DNA from: an uncultured Gammaproteobacteria bacterium
GTDB lineage: Bacteria > Patescibacteriota > Patescibacteriia > Magasanikbacterales > UBA922
NCBI GenBank assembly: GCA_964522435.1
Contig: CAZFUL010000003.1
Coordinates: 57,542-121,541, forward strand
Direction of reading: 5' to 3'
Length of the DNA: 64,000 nucleotides
Part shown: positions 56,002 through 64,000 of the stretch, in pieces
How positions within the stretch are numbered: the first letter of the stretch is position 1
Layout of the letters: each line of letters opens with the position of its first letter
Program-made: the position numbers and the translations under genes
Notes under the pieces: generated by a model
The model's input: only the letters and a program-made list of their open reading frames with translations
What the model was told of the DNA's origin: nothing
The model's database searches: none

Positions 56002-56445
56002 TTAATCGGTGCTTACGGGAAAGCTATTTGCTATATCCTTAAATGTCGTATATCGGATAATTGAAGGAAGATTCCATTCTTTATTGGCCGGATTTTCTGA
56101 GAACAAGGCTTCGGTATAAGGAATTGAGAGACTTTGTTCTATTGCCATAATGGTTGGCTTACCCATACCAGCAAAGTACCCTGCGTCCCAGCCTCGGCCT
56201 TCGCTACTATCATCGGTCGGAAATAGACAAAGGGCGACATCGCATTGTTTACACAATGCATATGCCTGTCGCACTGCTTCTGATTTTGACAGGACATTTG
56301 TATCCAAATTCCACCCTTGAATATTGCTAATCATGGTAACTACTTCATGGCCATTATTTTCTAATAATACAACTAGCTCATTGAGTTGTTTTTTCAATGT
56401 CTCTAAATCAGCACCGCGAAATTTATAGGCTAACCAAATTTTCAT
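56002..56445 (-). CDS. Nucleoside 2-deoxyribosyltransferase-like protein
   Basis: 147 aa; KIWLAYKFRGAD...CDVALCLFPTDDSSEGRGWDAGYFAGMGKPTIMAIE resembles the Nuc_deoxyrib_tr/Rcl fold pattern (flavodoxin-like, conserved acidic residue, GKP). Confidence 0.45.
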   Translation of the reverse strand: MKIWLAYKFRGADLETLKKQLNELVVLLENNGHEVVTMISNIQGWNLDTNVLSKSEAVRQAYALCKQCDVALCLFPTDDSSEGRGWDAGYFAGMGKPTIMAIEQSLSIPYTEALFSENPANKEWNLPSIIRYTTFKDIANSFPVSTD

Positions 56446-56494
56446 AGGTTCTTTTATTGTATATAGTAATCCAATTTATAGCCGCACGCAACAA

Positions 56495-56524
56495 ATAAAA
56501 AACACCCCATATTTGGGGTGTCGT
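56495..56524 (-). terminator. Rho-independent terminator after gyrB
   Basis: Minus reading aaacgACACCCCAAATATGGGGTGTttttatttg. Confidence 0.7.
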
Positions 56525-56539
56525 TTATTATGATAGGAT

Positions 56540-58597
56540 TTAGATATCCAAATTCTTCACTGCTTTCGCATGTGTTTGAATAAACTTTTTGCGAGGGACA
56601 ACGTCGCTGCCCATAAGAATATCAAAGATTTCACTGGCTTTTTCTGCGTCTTCAATCACCACTTGTTTCACCACACGGCTTTCTGGATTCATGGTTGTTT
56701 CCCACAATTGTTCTGGGTTCATTTCTCCCAACCCTTTATAACGTTGGATGTTGAGTTTGGATTTACTTGCCGCCTTTGTTTCTACCACAGCTTTTTCTTC
56801 GGTGTCTTCCGTTTCAGAACCTTCTTCATAATTCACTTCCAAATCTTCACTTTTTACACCGTACTTTTGTTTAAAGGTTTCCAAATCATGTTCATTATAT
56901 ATCCAGGTCATTTCTTTTCCTTGTTTAATACTAAACAGGGGAGGCTGGGCAATATATAAGTGTCCCATATTAATAACATCTGGGAAGTAGCGGAAGAACA
57001 AGGTTAACAGCAGGGTACGAATGTGAGATCCGTCCACGTCCGCATCGGTCATGATAATAATTTTGTGATAGCGGAGTTTACTTAAATCAAACATTTCGCC
57101 AATGTTGGTACCCATGGCAATAATCAAAGATTTCAACTCATTATTAGTTAAAATTTTATCCAAGCGTGCTCGTTCTACATTTAATACTTTTCCACGCAGT
57201 GGCAAAATGGCTTGGGTTTCTCGGTCGCGTCCTTGTTTGGCACTTCCACCAGCTGAGTCACCCTCTACAATGAAAATTTCTGAATTTTCTGCTTTGCGAC
57301 TAGAACAGTCGGCTAATTTTCCAGGTAGGGTAAAGCCATCGAGGGCGCCTTTGCGTAATACCGCATCACGCGCAGAGCGTGCGGCTTTGCGTGCTTTGGA
57401 CGCCAACACACATTTTCCAATAATCGCTTCACCGTCCCGAGGATTTTCTTCAAGAAAAATCATGAAGGCATCAGAAAAAACCGTATCAACGGCGGGGCGT
57501 ACTTCTGGGTTTCCTAATTTTCCTTTGGTTTGTCCTTCAAATTGAGGATCAGGAATTTTTACAGAAATAACAGCAGTTAACCCTTCGCGCACATCTTCAC
57601 CACCCAAATTATCATCTTTTTCTTTTAAAAGATTTTTTTTGCGTGCATAGGTATTAATAGCGCGAGTAAGGGCACTTCTAAATCCTGCCACATGCATCCC
57701 ACCTTCTGGATTGGTAATGTTATTGGCAAAGGGATGGAGAGATTCGGTATATTCATCGGTATATTGTAAGGCAACTTCAACAAGTACATGCTCTACTTGT
57801 TTTTCGACATAAAAGATATTGCTGTGTTTTGCTTCGCGGTTGCGGTTAATGTATTTTACATAACTCGCAATACCACCTTCAAAATAAAATTGATATTTTC
57901 CTGCTTGCTCAACAATAGCGCTACTATCGGCTTTTTTATCTTCCTCCGTACGTTCATCAGTAACCGTAATTTTTACGCCTTTGTTTAAGTAGGCTTGTTG
58001 GCGCAAATGGTCGATAATGGTTTTCCAAGAAAAATCAATGGTATCAAAAATTTTATTATCTGGTTGAAAGCTAATAATGGTCCCGCGTTTTTTGGTGGTA
58101 CCAATAGACTTTACTTTTGCTTTTGGTTTTCCGTAGGTATATTCTTGTACCCAAATTTTTCCTTCACGGTGCACTTCTGCTTTTACGTTTACTGATAACG
58201 CGTTTACGACAGAAACACCTACCCCGTGTAACCCACCAGATACTTTATAGCCGCCATCACCAAATTTTCCTCCGGCATGAAGGGTGGTTAATACGACTTC
58301 TAAGGCACTGACTTTTTTTTGTGGATGAATGTCAACAGGAATACCACGTCCATTATCTTCTACAGAGATCCAATGATCAGGGAGGAGGGTAATGGTAATT
58401 TCATTACAGTGTCCAGCCATGGCTTCGTCAAACGAATTATCCACGACTTCCCAAATCATATGGTGCAACCCCGCAGTACCTGTTGACCCAATATACATAC
58501 CCGGGCGTTTTCGCACGGCTTCGAGTCCTTCTAAGACGCTAATGCTCGCGGCGCTGTATTCACCTGGTTTTTTTGTTTTTTGTTTAGTTTCAGCCAT
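56540..58597 (-). CDS. gyrB: DNA gyrase subunit B
   Basis: 685 aa; GHKL ATPase (VVDNSFDEAMAGH), TOPRIM (EGDSAGGSAKQGRDRETQAILPLRGK), C-terminal tail. Confidence 0.85.
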   Translation of the reverse strand: MAETKQKTKKPGEYSAASISVLEGLEAVRKRPGMYIGSTGTAGLHHMIWEVVDNSFDEAMAGHCNEITITLLPDHWISVEDNGRGIPVDIHPQKKVSALEVVLTTLHAGGKFGDGGYKVSGGLHGVGVSVVNALSVNVKAEVHREGKIWVQEYTYGKPKAKVKSIGTTKKRGTIISFQPDNKIFDTIDFSWKTIIDHLRQQAYLNKGVKITVTDERTEEDKKADSSAIVEQAGKYQFYFEGGIASYVKYINRNREAKHSNIFYVEKQVEHVLVEVALQYTDEYTESLHPFANNITNPEGGMHVAGFRSALTRAINTYARKKNLLKEKDDNLGGEDVREGLTAVISVKIPDPQFEGQTKGKLGNPEVRPAVDTVFSDAFMIFLEENPRDGEAIIGKCVLASKARKAARSARDAVLRKGALDGFTLPGKLADCSSRKAENSEIFIVEGDSAGGSAKQGRDRETQAILPLRGKVLNVERARLDKILTNNELKSLIIAMGTNIGEMFDLSKLRYHKIIIMTDADVDGSHIRTLLLTLFFRYFPDVINMGHLYIAQPPLFSIKQGKEMTWIYNEHDLETFKQKYGVKSEDLEVNYEEGSETEDTEEKAVVETKAASKSKLNIQRYKGLGEMNPEQLWETTMNPESRVVKQVVIEDAEKASEIFDILMGSDVVPRKKFIQTHAKAVKNLDI

Positions 58598-58644
58598 ACA
58601 TTAATCATACAAAATAATACAGGCCTATAGTACCACAGGGGAGG

Positions 58645-59646
58645 TTGGCTCACAAGAGGACGATGAAGAGGTGCGGGGAGAGGCATTTTGGTGTATACTA
58701 TGTAGGGATATTAGTAACATATTTTCTCATGTCTCTTTTTTCTAAAAAACCTAAAGACCCGCTTTTTCGCTACCAAGACCCAACAGGTGAATTTGATAAT
58801 CGCCAGTTAACGAGAGGGTTATGGTTTGCCAAACATCGCGAACAATTGCGTAAAGCTCTTATTATAACCGCCATTATTTGGTGTGTGTTGAGTGTGGGTG
58901 GAAGTGTTGTCCTTTGGATAAAATATGTGAGCTACGATCTTTGGATTGATAACGCGGCTCTTATTCGGCAAACACAGGAATTTACCAATTTTACCGAGGT
59001 GCAAGAACAATATCGCGCCCTTCCATTACAATTTGCTCCAAGTCAGGTATTTCAAAGTAATAGTAACCGCTATGATTTTGTCACACCCGTAAAAAATGAC
59101 AATGAGCGTTTTTTGGCACGCGTGTTTTATCATTATGAATATGCAGGGGGAGAAACCCCAGCGCAGACAATACTCTTATTACCATCAAGCGAGGCGGTGC
59201 TTATTGCTTTAGGACAAGAGACCGGCAGCGGGTTTCCTTCTCAAGCTCGCTTGGTTATTGATGATATTCGTTGGAAACGGATTAATCCACATGTGATTGC
59301 TGATATCGAGCAGTATACAAAAGATCACCTCATGATTCCCATGAGTGACTTTGTGTTTCAACCAGAACAAATAGCTCAAGGGTTATTTCATTCAGAAGTT
59401 TCTTTTACTATAACTAATAATACCGCGTATTCGTACTGGGAAATGCCTATCCAAGTGGTATTATTTCGCGGCCAAAATATGGTTGGCGTGTTATATACCT
59501 TGTTGCCAGAATTTTTATCTGGGGAGCAACGTCGGATAGAGTTATTTACTCCTGCACCATTATCTTCTGTGGATAGTATTGAGCTCCATCCTATTATCAA
59601 TATTTTTGATCCATCGGTATATATTGACGTGGGTACGAATATATAA
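58645..59646 (+). CDS. Hypothetical membrane-anchored protein upstream of ftsW
   Basis: 333 aa; TM at ALIITAIIWCVLSVGGSVVLWI; no family recognized; start uncertain. Confidence 0.4.
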   Translation: MAHKRTMKRCGERHFGVYYVGILVTYFLMSLFSKKPKDPLFRYQDPTGEFDNRQLTRGLWFAKHREQLRKALIITAIIWCVLSVGGSVVLWIKYVSYDLWIDNAALIRQTQEFTNFTEVQEQYRALPLQFAPSQVFQSNSNRYDFVTPVKNDNERFLARVFYHYEYAGGETPAQTILLLPSSEAVLIALGQETGSGFPSQARLVIDDIRWKRINPHVIADIEQYTKDHLMIPMSDFVFQPEQIAQGLFHSEVSFTITNNTAYSYWEMPIQVVLFRGQNMVGVLYTLLPEFLSGEQRRIELFTPAPLSSVDSIELHPIINIFDPSVYIDVGTNI

Positions 59647-59693
59647 TCTGTTGTGTTGCAAGCTGCTCCAAGTCAGGGTAGTATAGTGACGAT

Positions 59694-60800
59694 ATGCATC
59701 GTCTATTTTTATTTTTAAAATTATTTGATTGGGTATTATTGTTACCCGTTTTTTTGTTATCTATTATTGGCCTATCTGCGATTTATAGTATTGATATTTC
59801 TCGCAACGACACGCTTATTTTTTTTCCGACGCAATCCATTGCATTGGGTTTGGGAATGATGACTGTTATGATAGCGACGCTTATTCATAAAACGCGCTAC
59901 GAGTCATTGGCAAAAATTGGGTATATTATTGGCTTAGTGTTATTAGTGTCTGTATTATTTTTTGGGGTAACCATTCGTGGAACAACCGGATGGTTTCGGT
60001 TGGCTGGATTTTCTTTTCAACCAGCAGAAGTTGCAAAAATTTCTTTAATTTTATTATTGGCTTGGCTTATTCAAAAACAGGGTAGACGGTTTGAAAAAAT
60101 GGAGTTTGTGGTTTCGAGTATCTTTGCGGTAGGATTTTATGCTGGGCTTATACTCTTGCAGCCGGATTTAGGGTCAACGTTAGTATTGGGGGGTATTTGG
60201 TTTGGGTTATTATTGGCTGCAGGTATTCCTAAAAAATATATTATTACCTTTATCAGTATCGCCCTTTTCGTCGCCAGTTGTGCCTGGCTATTTTTATTCC
60301 AGGATTACCAAAAAGAACGGGTACTCACCTTTTTGCATCCTGAGCGTGACCCCCTTGGCAGTGGCTATAATGTCAATCAATCGTTGATTGCTATAGGATC
60401 TGGCCAGTTATTTGGGCGTGGGTTAGGATTTGGTTCACAAAGCCAGCTGCACTTTTTACCAGAAGCCCAAACAGATTTTATTATTGCGGTTATTGGCGAA
60501 GAATTGGGCTTTGTGGGCTTATGTGTCGTATTGCTGTTGTTTTATCTCTTATTATGGCGCTTGCTCTGGTTAAGTCAACGAGTAAAAGATGATTTTTCTT
60601 CGTATACCCTTATTGGGATTGCCTGCTTATTTTTTATCCAGCTGAGCGTGAATATTGGGGGAGCCACCGGATTGTTACCGGTTACGGGGGTTACCTTGCC
60701 GTTTGTGAGTTATGGGGGATCATCTATATTGATTAATTATGCCTTAATTGGCATTGCGGGGAGTATTGCACAAAGTAATGCTCGCTTTCGTCTATCCTAG
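59694..60800 (+). CDS. ftsW: SEDS-family peptidoglycan glycosyltransferase (FtsW/RodA)
   Basis: 368 aa; 10 TM; QPDLGST, ...DPLGSGYNVNQSLIAIGSGQLFGRGLG..., TDFIIAVIGEELGF. Confidence 0.8.
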   Translation: MHRLFLFLKLFDWVLLLPVFLLSIIGLSAIYSIDISRNDTLIFFPTQSIALGLGMMTVMIATLIHKTRYESLAKIGYIIGLVLLVSVLFFGVTIRGTTGWFRLAGFSFQPAEVAKISLILLLAWLIQKQGRRFEKMEFVVSSIFAVGFYAGLILLQPDLGSTLVLGGIWFGLLLAAGIPKKYIITFISIALFVASCAWLFLFQDYQKERVLTFLHPERDPLGSGYNVNQSLIAIGSGQLFGRGLGFGSQSQLHFLPEAQTDFIIAVIGEELGFVGLCVVLLLFYLLLWRLLWLSQRVKDDFSSYTLIGIACLFFIQLSVNIGGATGLLPVTGVTLPFVSYGGSSILINYALIGIAGSIAQSNARFRLS

Positions 60801-60838
60801 AAGACTTGTCTGATTACGATAAAAAGGGTATAGTATGA

Positions 60839-61267
60839 ATGTATCGTATAGCGTCTCTTCTTGACAGACCTACGTTGTTTTGTTATTATTTGCCCGCTAC
60901 TATGAGTCAGCAACAACCCTCACAACCTGGGGCTCAAGCATCATCTTTTTTGCCAAAAATGATACAGCAGTGTCCTTTATGCACAAAAGAATATGCACAG
61001 ACCGATGTGCTCTTGGTTGGAGAAGCAGATGGAACACAGCTTATTCATATTACTTGCCCGTCTTGTAAGCATGCGATTGTTGCTTTAATCGTATTATCAC
61101 AAGTAGGAGTAAGTTCTATTGGTATGTTAACTGACTTAAACGCACAAGAATTACGTCGTTTATTGCACAAAACACCTATAGCCGATACAACGGTACTGGG
61201 CTTTCACGATCTTCTTGTAAAACAACCCTCACATTTGATTTATTTACTTTCACAGCAAACCGTATGA
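60839..61267 (+). CDS. Hypothetical zinc-ribbon protein (CPLC...CPSC)
   Basis: 142 aa; likely start at MSQQQPSQ (60902); stop overlaps rplY start. Confidence 0.35.
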   Translation: MYRIASLLDRPTLFCYYLPATMSQQQPSQPGAQASSFLPKMIQQCPLCTKEYAQTDVLLVGEADGTQLIHITCPSCKHAIVALIVLSQVGVSSIGMLTDLNAQELRRLLHKTPIADTTVLGFHDLLVKQPSHLIYLLSQQTV

Positions 61268-61920
61268 ATCTAACGCTGAACGCACAAAAACGTATTGGAA
61301 AAGTTGAAGCTATTCGTGCACAAGGAAATATTCCTGCCGTTGTGTATGGTCCTCATATGGAGGCAATGTCTTTTTCTGTTGATGCATCAACCTTTAACAA
61401 AATTTACCAAGAAGCAGGGGAATCAACCTTGATTAATTTGTCTATTGATGGAGCAGAACCACTCATGGTGTTGATCCAAGACATTCAAGTAGATCCTGTA
61501 AAAAGAACCATTATCCATGCTGATTTTCGTCATGTAACCATGGGAGAAGAAATGGATGTTACAATCCCATTGGTATTTGTTGGCGTTTCTCTTGCCGAAA
61601 AAGAACAAGGTGGTACCTTATTGAAACCAAAAGAAGAGCTCAATGTTCGTTGTTTACCACAAAATTTGGTGGACCACATTGATATTGATTTAAGTGTGTT
61701 AAAAACCTTTAGTGATGCAATTCATGTAAGCGATATCGTGCTTCCTCCAGGGTTAACCGTATTAGATGGTGCAGAAGAAATGATCGCTACGGTGAACCCA
61801 CCATTATCTGCAGATCAACTTGCTGCCTTAGAACAACCCGTTGACGTAAGTCTAGACAAGATTGAAGTAGAAGCAAAAGGCAAGAAAGAAGAAGAAAGTG
61901 CTGATGCTGACAAAAAATAA
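61264..61920 (+). CDS. rplY: 50S ribosomal protein L25 / general stress protein Ctc form
   Basis: 218 aa; QKRIGKVEAIRAQGNIPAVVYG..., two-domain Ctc architecture with acidic tail. Confidence 0.8.
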   Translation: MNLTLNAQKRIGKVEAIRAQGNIPAVVYGPHMEAMSFSVDASTFNKIYQEAGESTLINLSIDGAEPLMVLIQDIQVDPVKRTIIHADFRHVTMGEEMDVTIPLVFVGVSLAEKEQGGTLLKPKEELNVRCLPQNLVDHIDIDLSVLKTFSDAIHVSDIVLPPGLTVLDGAEEMIATVNPPLSADQLAALEQPVDVSLDKIEVEAKGKKEEESADADKK

Positions 61921-61932
61921 GTATACAAATAA

Positions 61933-61960
61933 ACACCCCGATTGAATCGGGGTGTTTTGT
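61933..61960 (+). terminator. Rho-independent terminator (recurrent ACACCCCGATTGAATCGGGGTGT hairpin) after rplY
   Basis: aaACACCCCGATTGAATCGGGGTGTtttgtt. Confidence 0.8.
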
Positions 61961-62000
61961 TATTGTCAAAAACAGTATGATTCGGTATTATTGATTCACT

Positions 62001-63086
62001 ATGAAAAAACACATTCTTTCTTTTATAAAAAGTATTCCACAAACAACCTGGCTCTATGTGTTTGCTGGGGTAATTATAAGTATTGCTCTTGGATTGATTG
62101 CGTGGTTTTGGTATCAGTCTGTTCATGAAAAAGCACGCGAGGTGATTACCTTTGATGAGCCACAAGGGAATAGTAGTTCAACGGCCTATTGTGAATTTTC
62201 TCATGTATTGGATGGTGTTTGTGTCGCGTCTGTGGAAGAACAACAAACTCGTATTATTGGGGTCATGGTAGAAAACCATTATGAAGCACAACCTCTTGCT
62301 GGGATTGCGGCGGCTTCTCTTGTGTATGAATCTCCTGTTGAAGGAGGGATTCCTCGCTTATTTGCGGTATACAAAGAAGGAACTGTTGTGGCAAAAGTTG
62401 GTCCGGTGCGCAGTGCGCGTGCGTATTACCTTGATTGGTTGGCAGAATATGGCAGTGCGATGTATATGCATGTGGGCGGCTCACCTGAGGCCATTGATCT
62501 TATTGAAAAGCGACAAGTATTTGACCTCAACGAATTTTATCGTGGTTGGTATTATTATCGCAGTGATGATAGGTCTGCTCCTCATAATGTTTACAGCAAT
62601 AGTGAATTATGGGAATCTGCCTTAGCACGCTATGCCCCGTCTACGACGGAGCCATTTGTTGGTTGGAGCTTTCGCCACATAGATGCGTGTACCAATGCCT
62701 GTACGAAGGGAGTCGATATTATATATGGCGGTGGCTATGATGTATCATGGCAATTTAATTCAAGTACGAAACAATATGACCGTCGGCAGTTTGGTAAATT
62801 TCATCGTGATCAAGACGGAACGCCCTATGTTGCGGATACCGTCTTGATTCAAGAAGTAGAGGCAAAGGTATTAGATGATATTGGCCGCTTGGGAATCGAA
62901 ACAATGGGTTCTGGAAAAGGGTATATATTACGAGATGGATTTTTATTTGATGCGACTTGGCGTAAAGAGTCTCTTACCCAAAGAACCCGATGGTATGATG
63001 AACAGGATCAAGAAATTTCCTTAAAACCTGGGAAAATTTGGGTGGAGATTGTAACGAAATTTCAGAGAGTGGAGATAGTAGAATAA
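62001..63086 (+). CDS. DUF3048-domain protein (YerB-like), N-terminal TM
   Basis: 361 aa; GVMVENHYEAQPLAGIAAASLVYESPVEGGIPRLFAVY...VGPVRSARAYY matches the DUF3048 pattern. Confidence 0.55.
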   Translation: MKKHILSFIKSIPQTTWLYVFAGVIISIALGLIAWFWYQSVHEKAREVITFDEPQGNSSSTAYCEFSHVLDGVCVASVEEQQTRIIGVMVENHYEAQPLAGIAAASLVYESPVEGGIPRLFAVYKEGTVVAKVGPVRSARAYYLDWLAEYGSAMYMHVGGSPEAIDLIEKRQVFDLNEFYRGWYYYRSDDRSAPHNVYSNSELWESALARYAPSTTEPFVGWSFRHIDACTNACTKGVDIIYGGGYDVSWQFNSSTKQYDRRQFGKFHRDQDGTPYVADTVLIQEVEAKVLDDIGRLGIETMGSGKGYILRDGFLFDATWRKESLTQRTRWYDEQDQEISLKPGKIWVEIVTKFQRVEIVE

Positions 63087-63090
63087 AAAA

Positions 63091-63116
63091 AATTCCGAGG
63101 TACCTCGGAATTTTTT
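63091..63116. terminator. Bidirectional terminator between DUF3048 gene (+) and isomerase gene (-)
   Basis: aaaaaaaATTCCGAGGTACCTCGGAATtttttat. Confidence 0.75.
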
Positions 63117-63138
63117 ATGTATCATATATTCATGCGAG

Positions 63139-64000
63139 TTATCCAATCATTTTCTTAAACTCTTCGACCATCGGGACTTGTTCTGATTCCAAGCCATAGT
63201 GTGCTGCAATTGCGACCGCTGTCCAATCTGCTAACAATAGTGATTGAAATATTTTTTGTTGTACTGTTGATCCTTCTAACAAAATACTCTCTACGGCTAA
63301 GCCCCGTTTTTTATATAACTTCTTCATGACCGCCATGCGTTGTTGATTTTTTGGGTGATCAGTTTTATCTTCTAAAAATAAAAAGATGAATGATTTGGAT
63401 AGATGCGCGCTTGACGCTGCCACATCAAAGCCGGTCATTTCATTATGATTGAGTTCTGGAAATATATTATAGAATGCAGGAATTTTTCCTGTTTCATTGA
63501 GTTTAATTTTCCAGTTGTAGGCAACGGCCAGATTGGCTTTTGAACTATATATAACAGGAACTCGATCCACTAATTTTTTTGCCAGTGCTTTTCCTTTTGC
63601 TTCCCATTTTTTTGGTTGAAGGGTTTTATGAAGGGATTGAAGTTCTTTTGCTAATTTGCTTTCTCCCATAAGAGCAAGAAGGCCAACAACACTAAATCCC
63701 AAGGCACTGCGTGGTTGAATACCCGTGTTCGGTACTTGAATATAGGCTAACTTTTTTTGCTTTGCGATATCAATCATTTTTCCCCCAACCGAAATAACCG
63801 CAACCGCTAATTTTTGTTTGAGTGCAAGCTGTAGTCCTTCAAGTACTTCTTCTGTATTCCCCGAGTATGAACTAGCAATAATCAAGCTGTCTTGTAACTC
63901 TTGTTTTGATAGGGAGGGTAAGCCGTAGTCGCTATACACCATAAGAGGAAGTGTTGGTTTTATGGCAGCAATCACATCCGCGCCTAAATGAGATCCGCCC
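63139..64000 (-). CDS. Bifunctional phosphoglucose/phosphomannose isomerase-family SIS protein (N-terminus probably beyond window edge)
   Basis: SIS-domain sequence ...IIASSYSGNTEEVLEGLQLALKQKLAVAVISVGG...; ORF track begins at a GTG at 63975 but the frame stays open to the window end. Confidence 0.6.
   Translation of the reverse strand, partial: GGSHLGADVIAAIKPTLPLMVYSDYGLPSLSKQELQDSLIIASSYSGNTEEVLEGLQLALKQKLAVAVISVGGKMIDIAKQKKLAYIQVPNTGIQPRSALGFSVVGLLALMGESKLAKELQSLHKTLQPKKWEAKGKALAKKLVDRVPVIYSSKANLAVAYNWKIKLNETGKIPAFYNIFPELNHNEMTGFDVAASSAHLSKSFIFLFLEDKTDHPKNQQRMAVMKKLYKKRGLAVESILLEGSTVQQKIFQSLLLADWTAVAIAAHYGLESEQVPMVEEFKKMIG

Noticed and set aside
1-64000. CRISPR arrays, rRNA genes, transposases/IS elements, inteins in nrdA, gyrB and thrS
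   Set aside because: No short regularly spaced direct repeats, no rRNA-like conserved blocks and no transposase-like ORFs. The large proteins show continuous host-protein motifs without Cys-start/His-Asn-end intein boundaries.

Overview
This 64 kb window reads as a gene-dense fragment of a low-GC bacterial chromosome on both strands. The overall character fits a reduced-genome, possibly episymbiotic bacterium (Patescibacteria/CPR-like): giant membrane-anchored surface proteins, type IV pilus parts and few metabolic genes. That lineage call is inference only.

Core housekeeping genes identified:
- Ribosome and translation: rpsF-ssb-rpsR, rplK, rplA, rplY, secE-nusG, epmA-efp, miaB-miaA, thrS, gatB.
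- DNA and cell division: gyrB, ruvB, ftsW.
- Other: tkt, uppS, a phosphoglucose/phosphomannose isomerase truncated at the right edge.
- RNA genes: seven tRNAs (Pro, Phe, Ala, Gly-UCC, initiator Met, Gly-GCC, Leu-UAA).

Nucleotide metabolism is unusually concentrated. There is a class Ia ribonucleotide reductase (nrdAB) preceded by two NrdR-box-like palindromes. Separately there is a contiguous dTMP-pathway block of tmk, folA, thyA, dut, a P-loop kinase and dCMP deaminase, plus a nucleoside deoxyribosyltransferase-like gene.

The left 11 kb is an envelope/appendage locus:
- a prepilin-like gene;
- a signal-peptide protein with a C-terminal transmembrane anchor;
- an 852-aa cysteine-rich-repeat protein with carboxypeptidase-regulatory-like domains;
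- a 1126-aa protein with five lamin-tail domains, a PKD domain and two OB-folds.
A GspE/PilB ATPase lies further right.

Other notable points:
- the 17-mer hairpin CCCCGATTGAATCGGGG recurs as a terminator core;
- a T-box leader sits upstream of thrS;
- a TPP-dependent decarboxylase-like gene is paired with a Sad/YneI-like succinate-semialdehyde dehydrogenase;
- rplK and rplA are separated by three unrelated genes, one a Kazal-domain lipoprotein;
- the initiator tRNA has C at position 33;
- long inverted repeats bracket promoters between tRNA genes.

No CRISPR array, rRNA, transposase or intein was seen.
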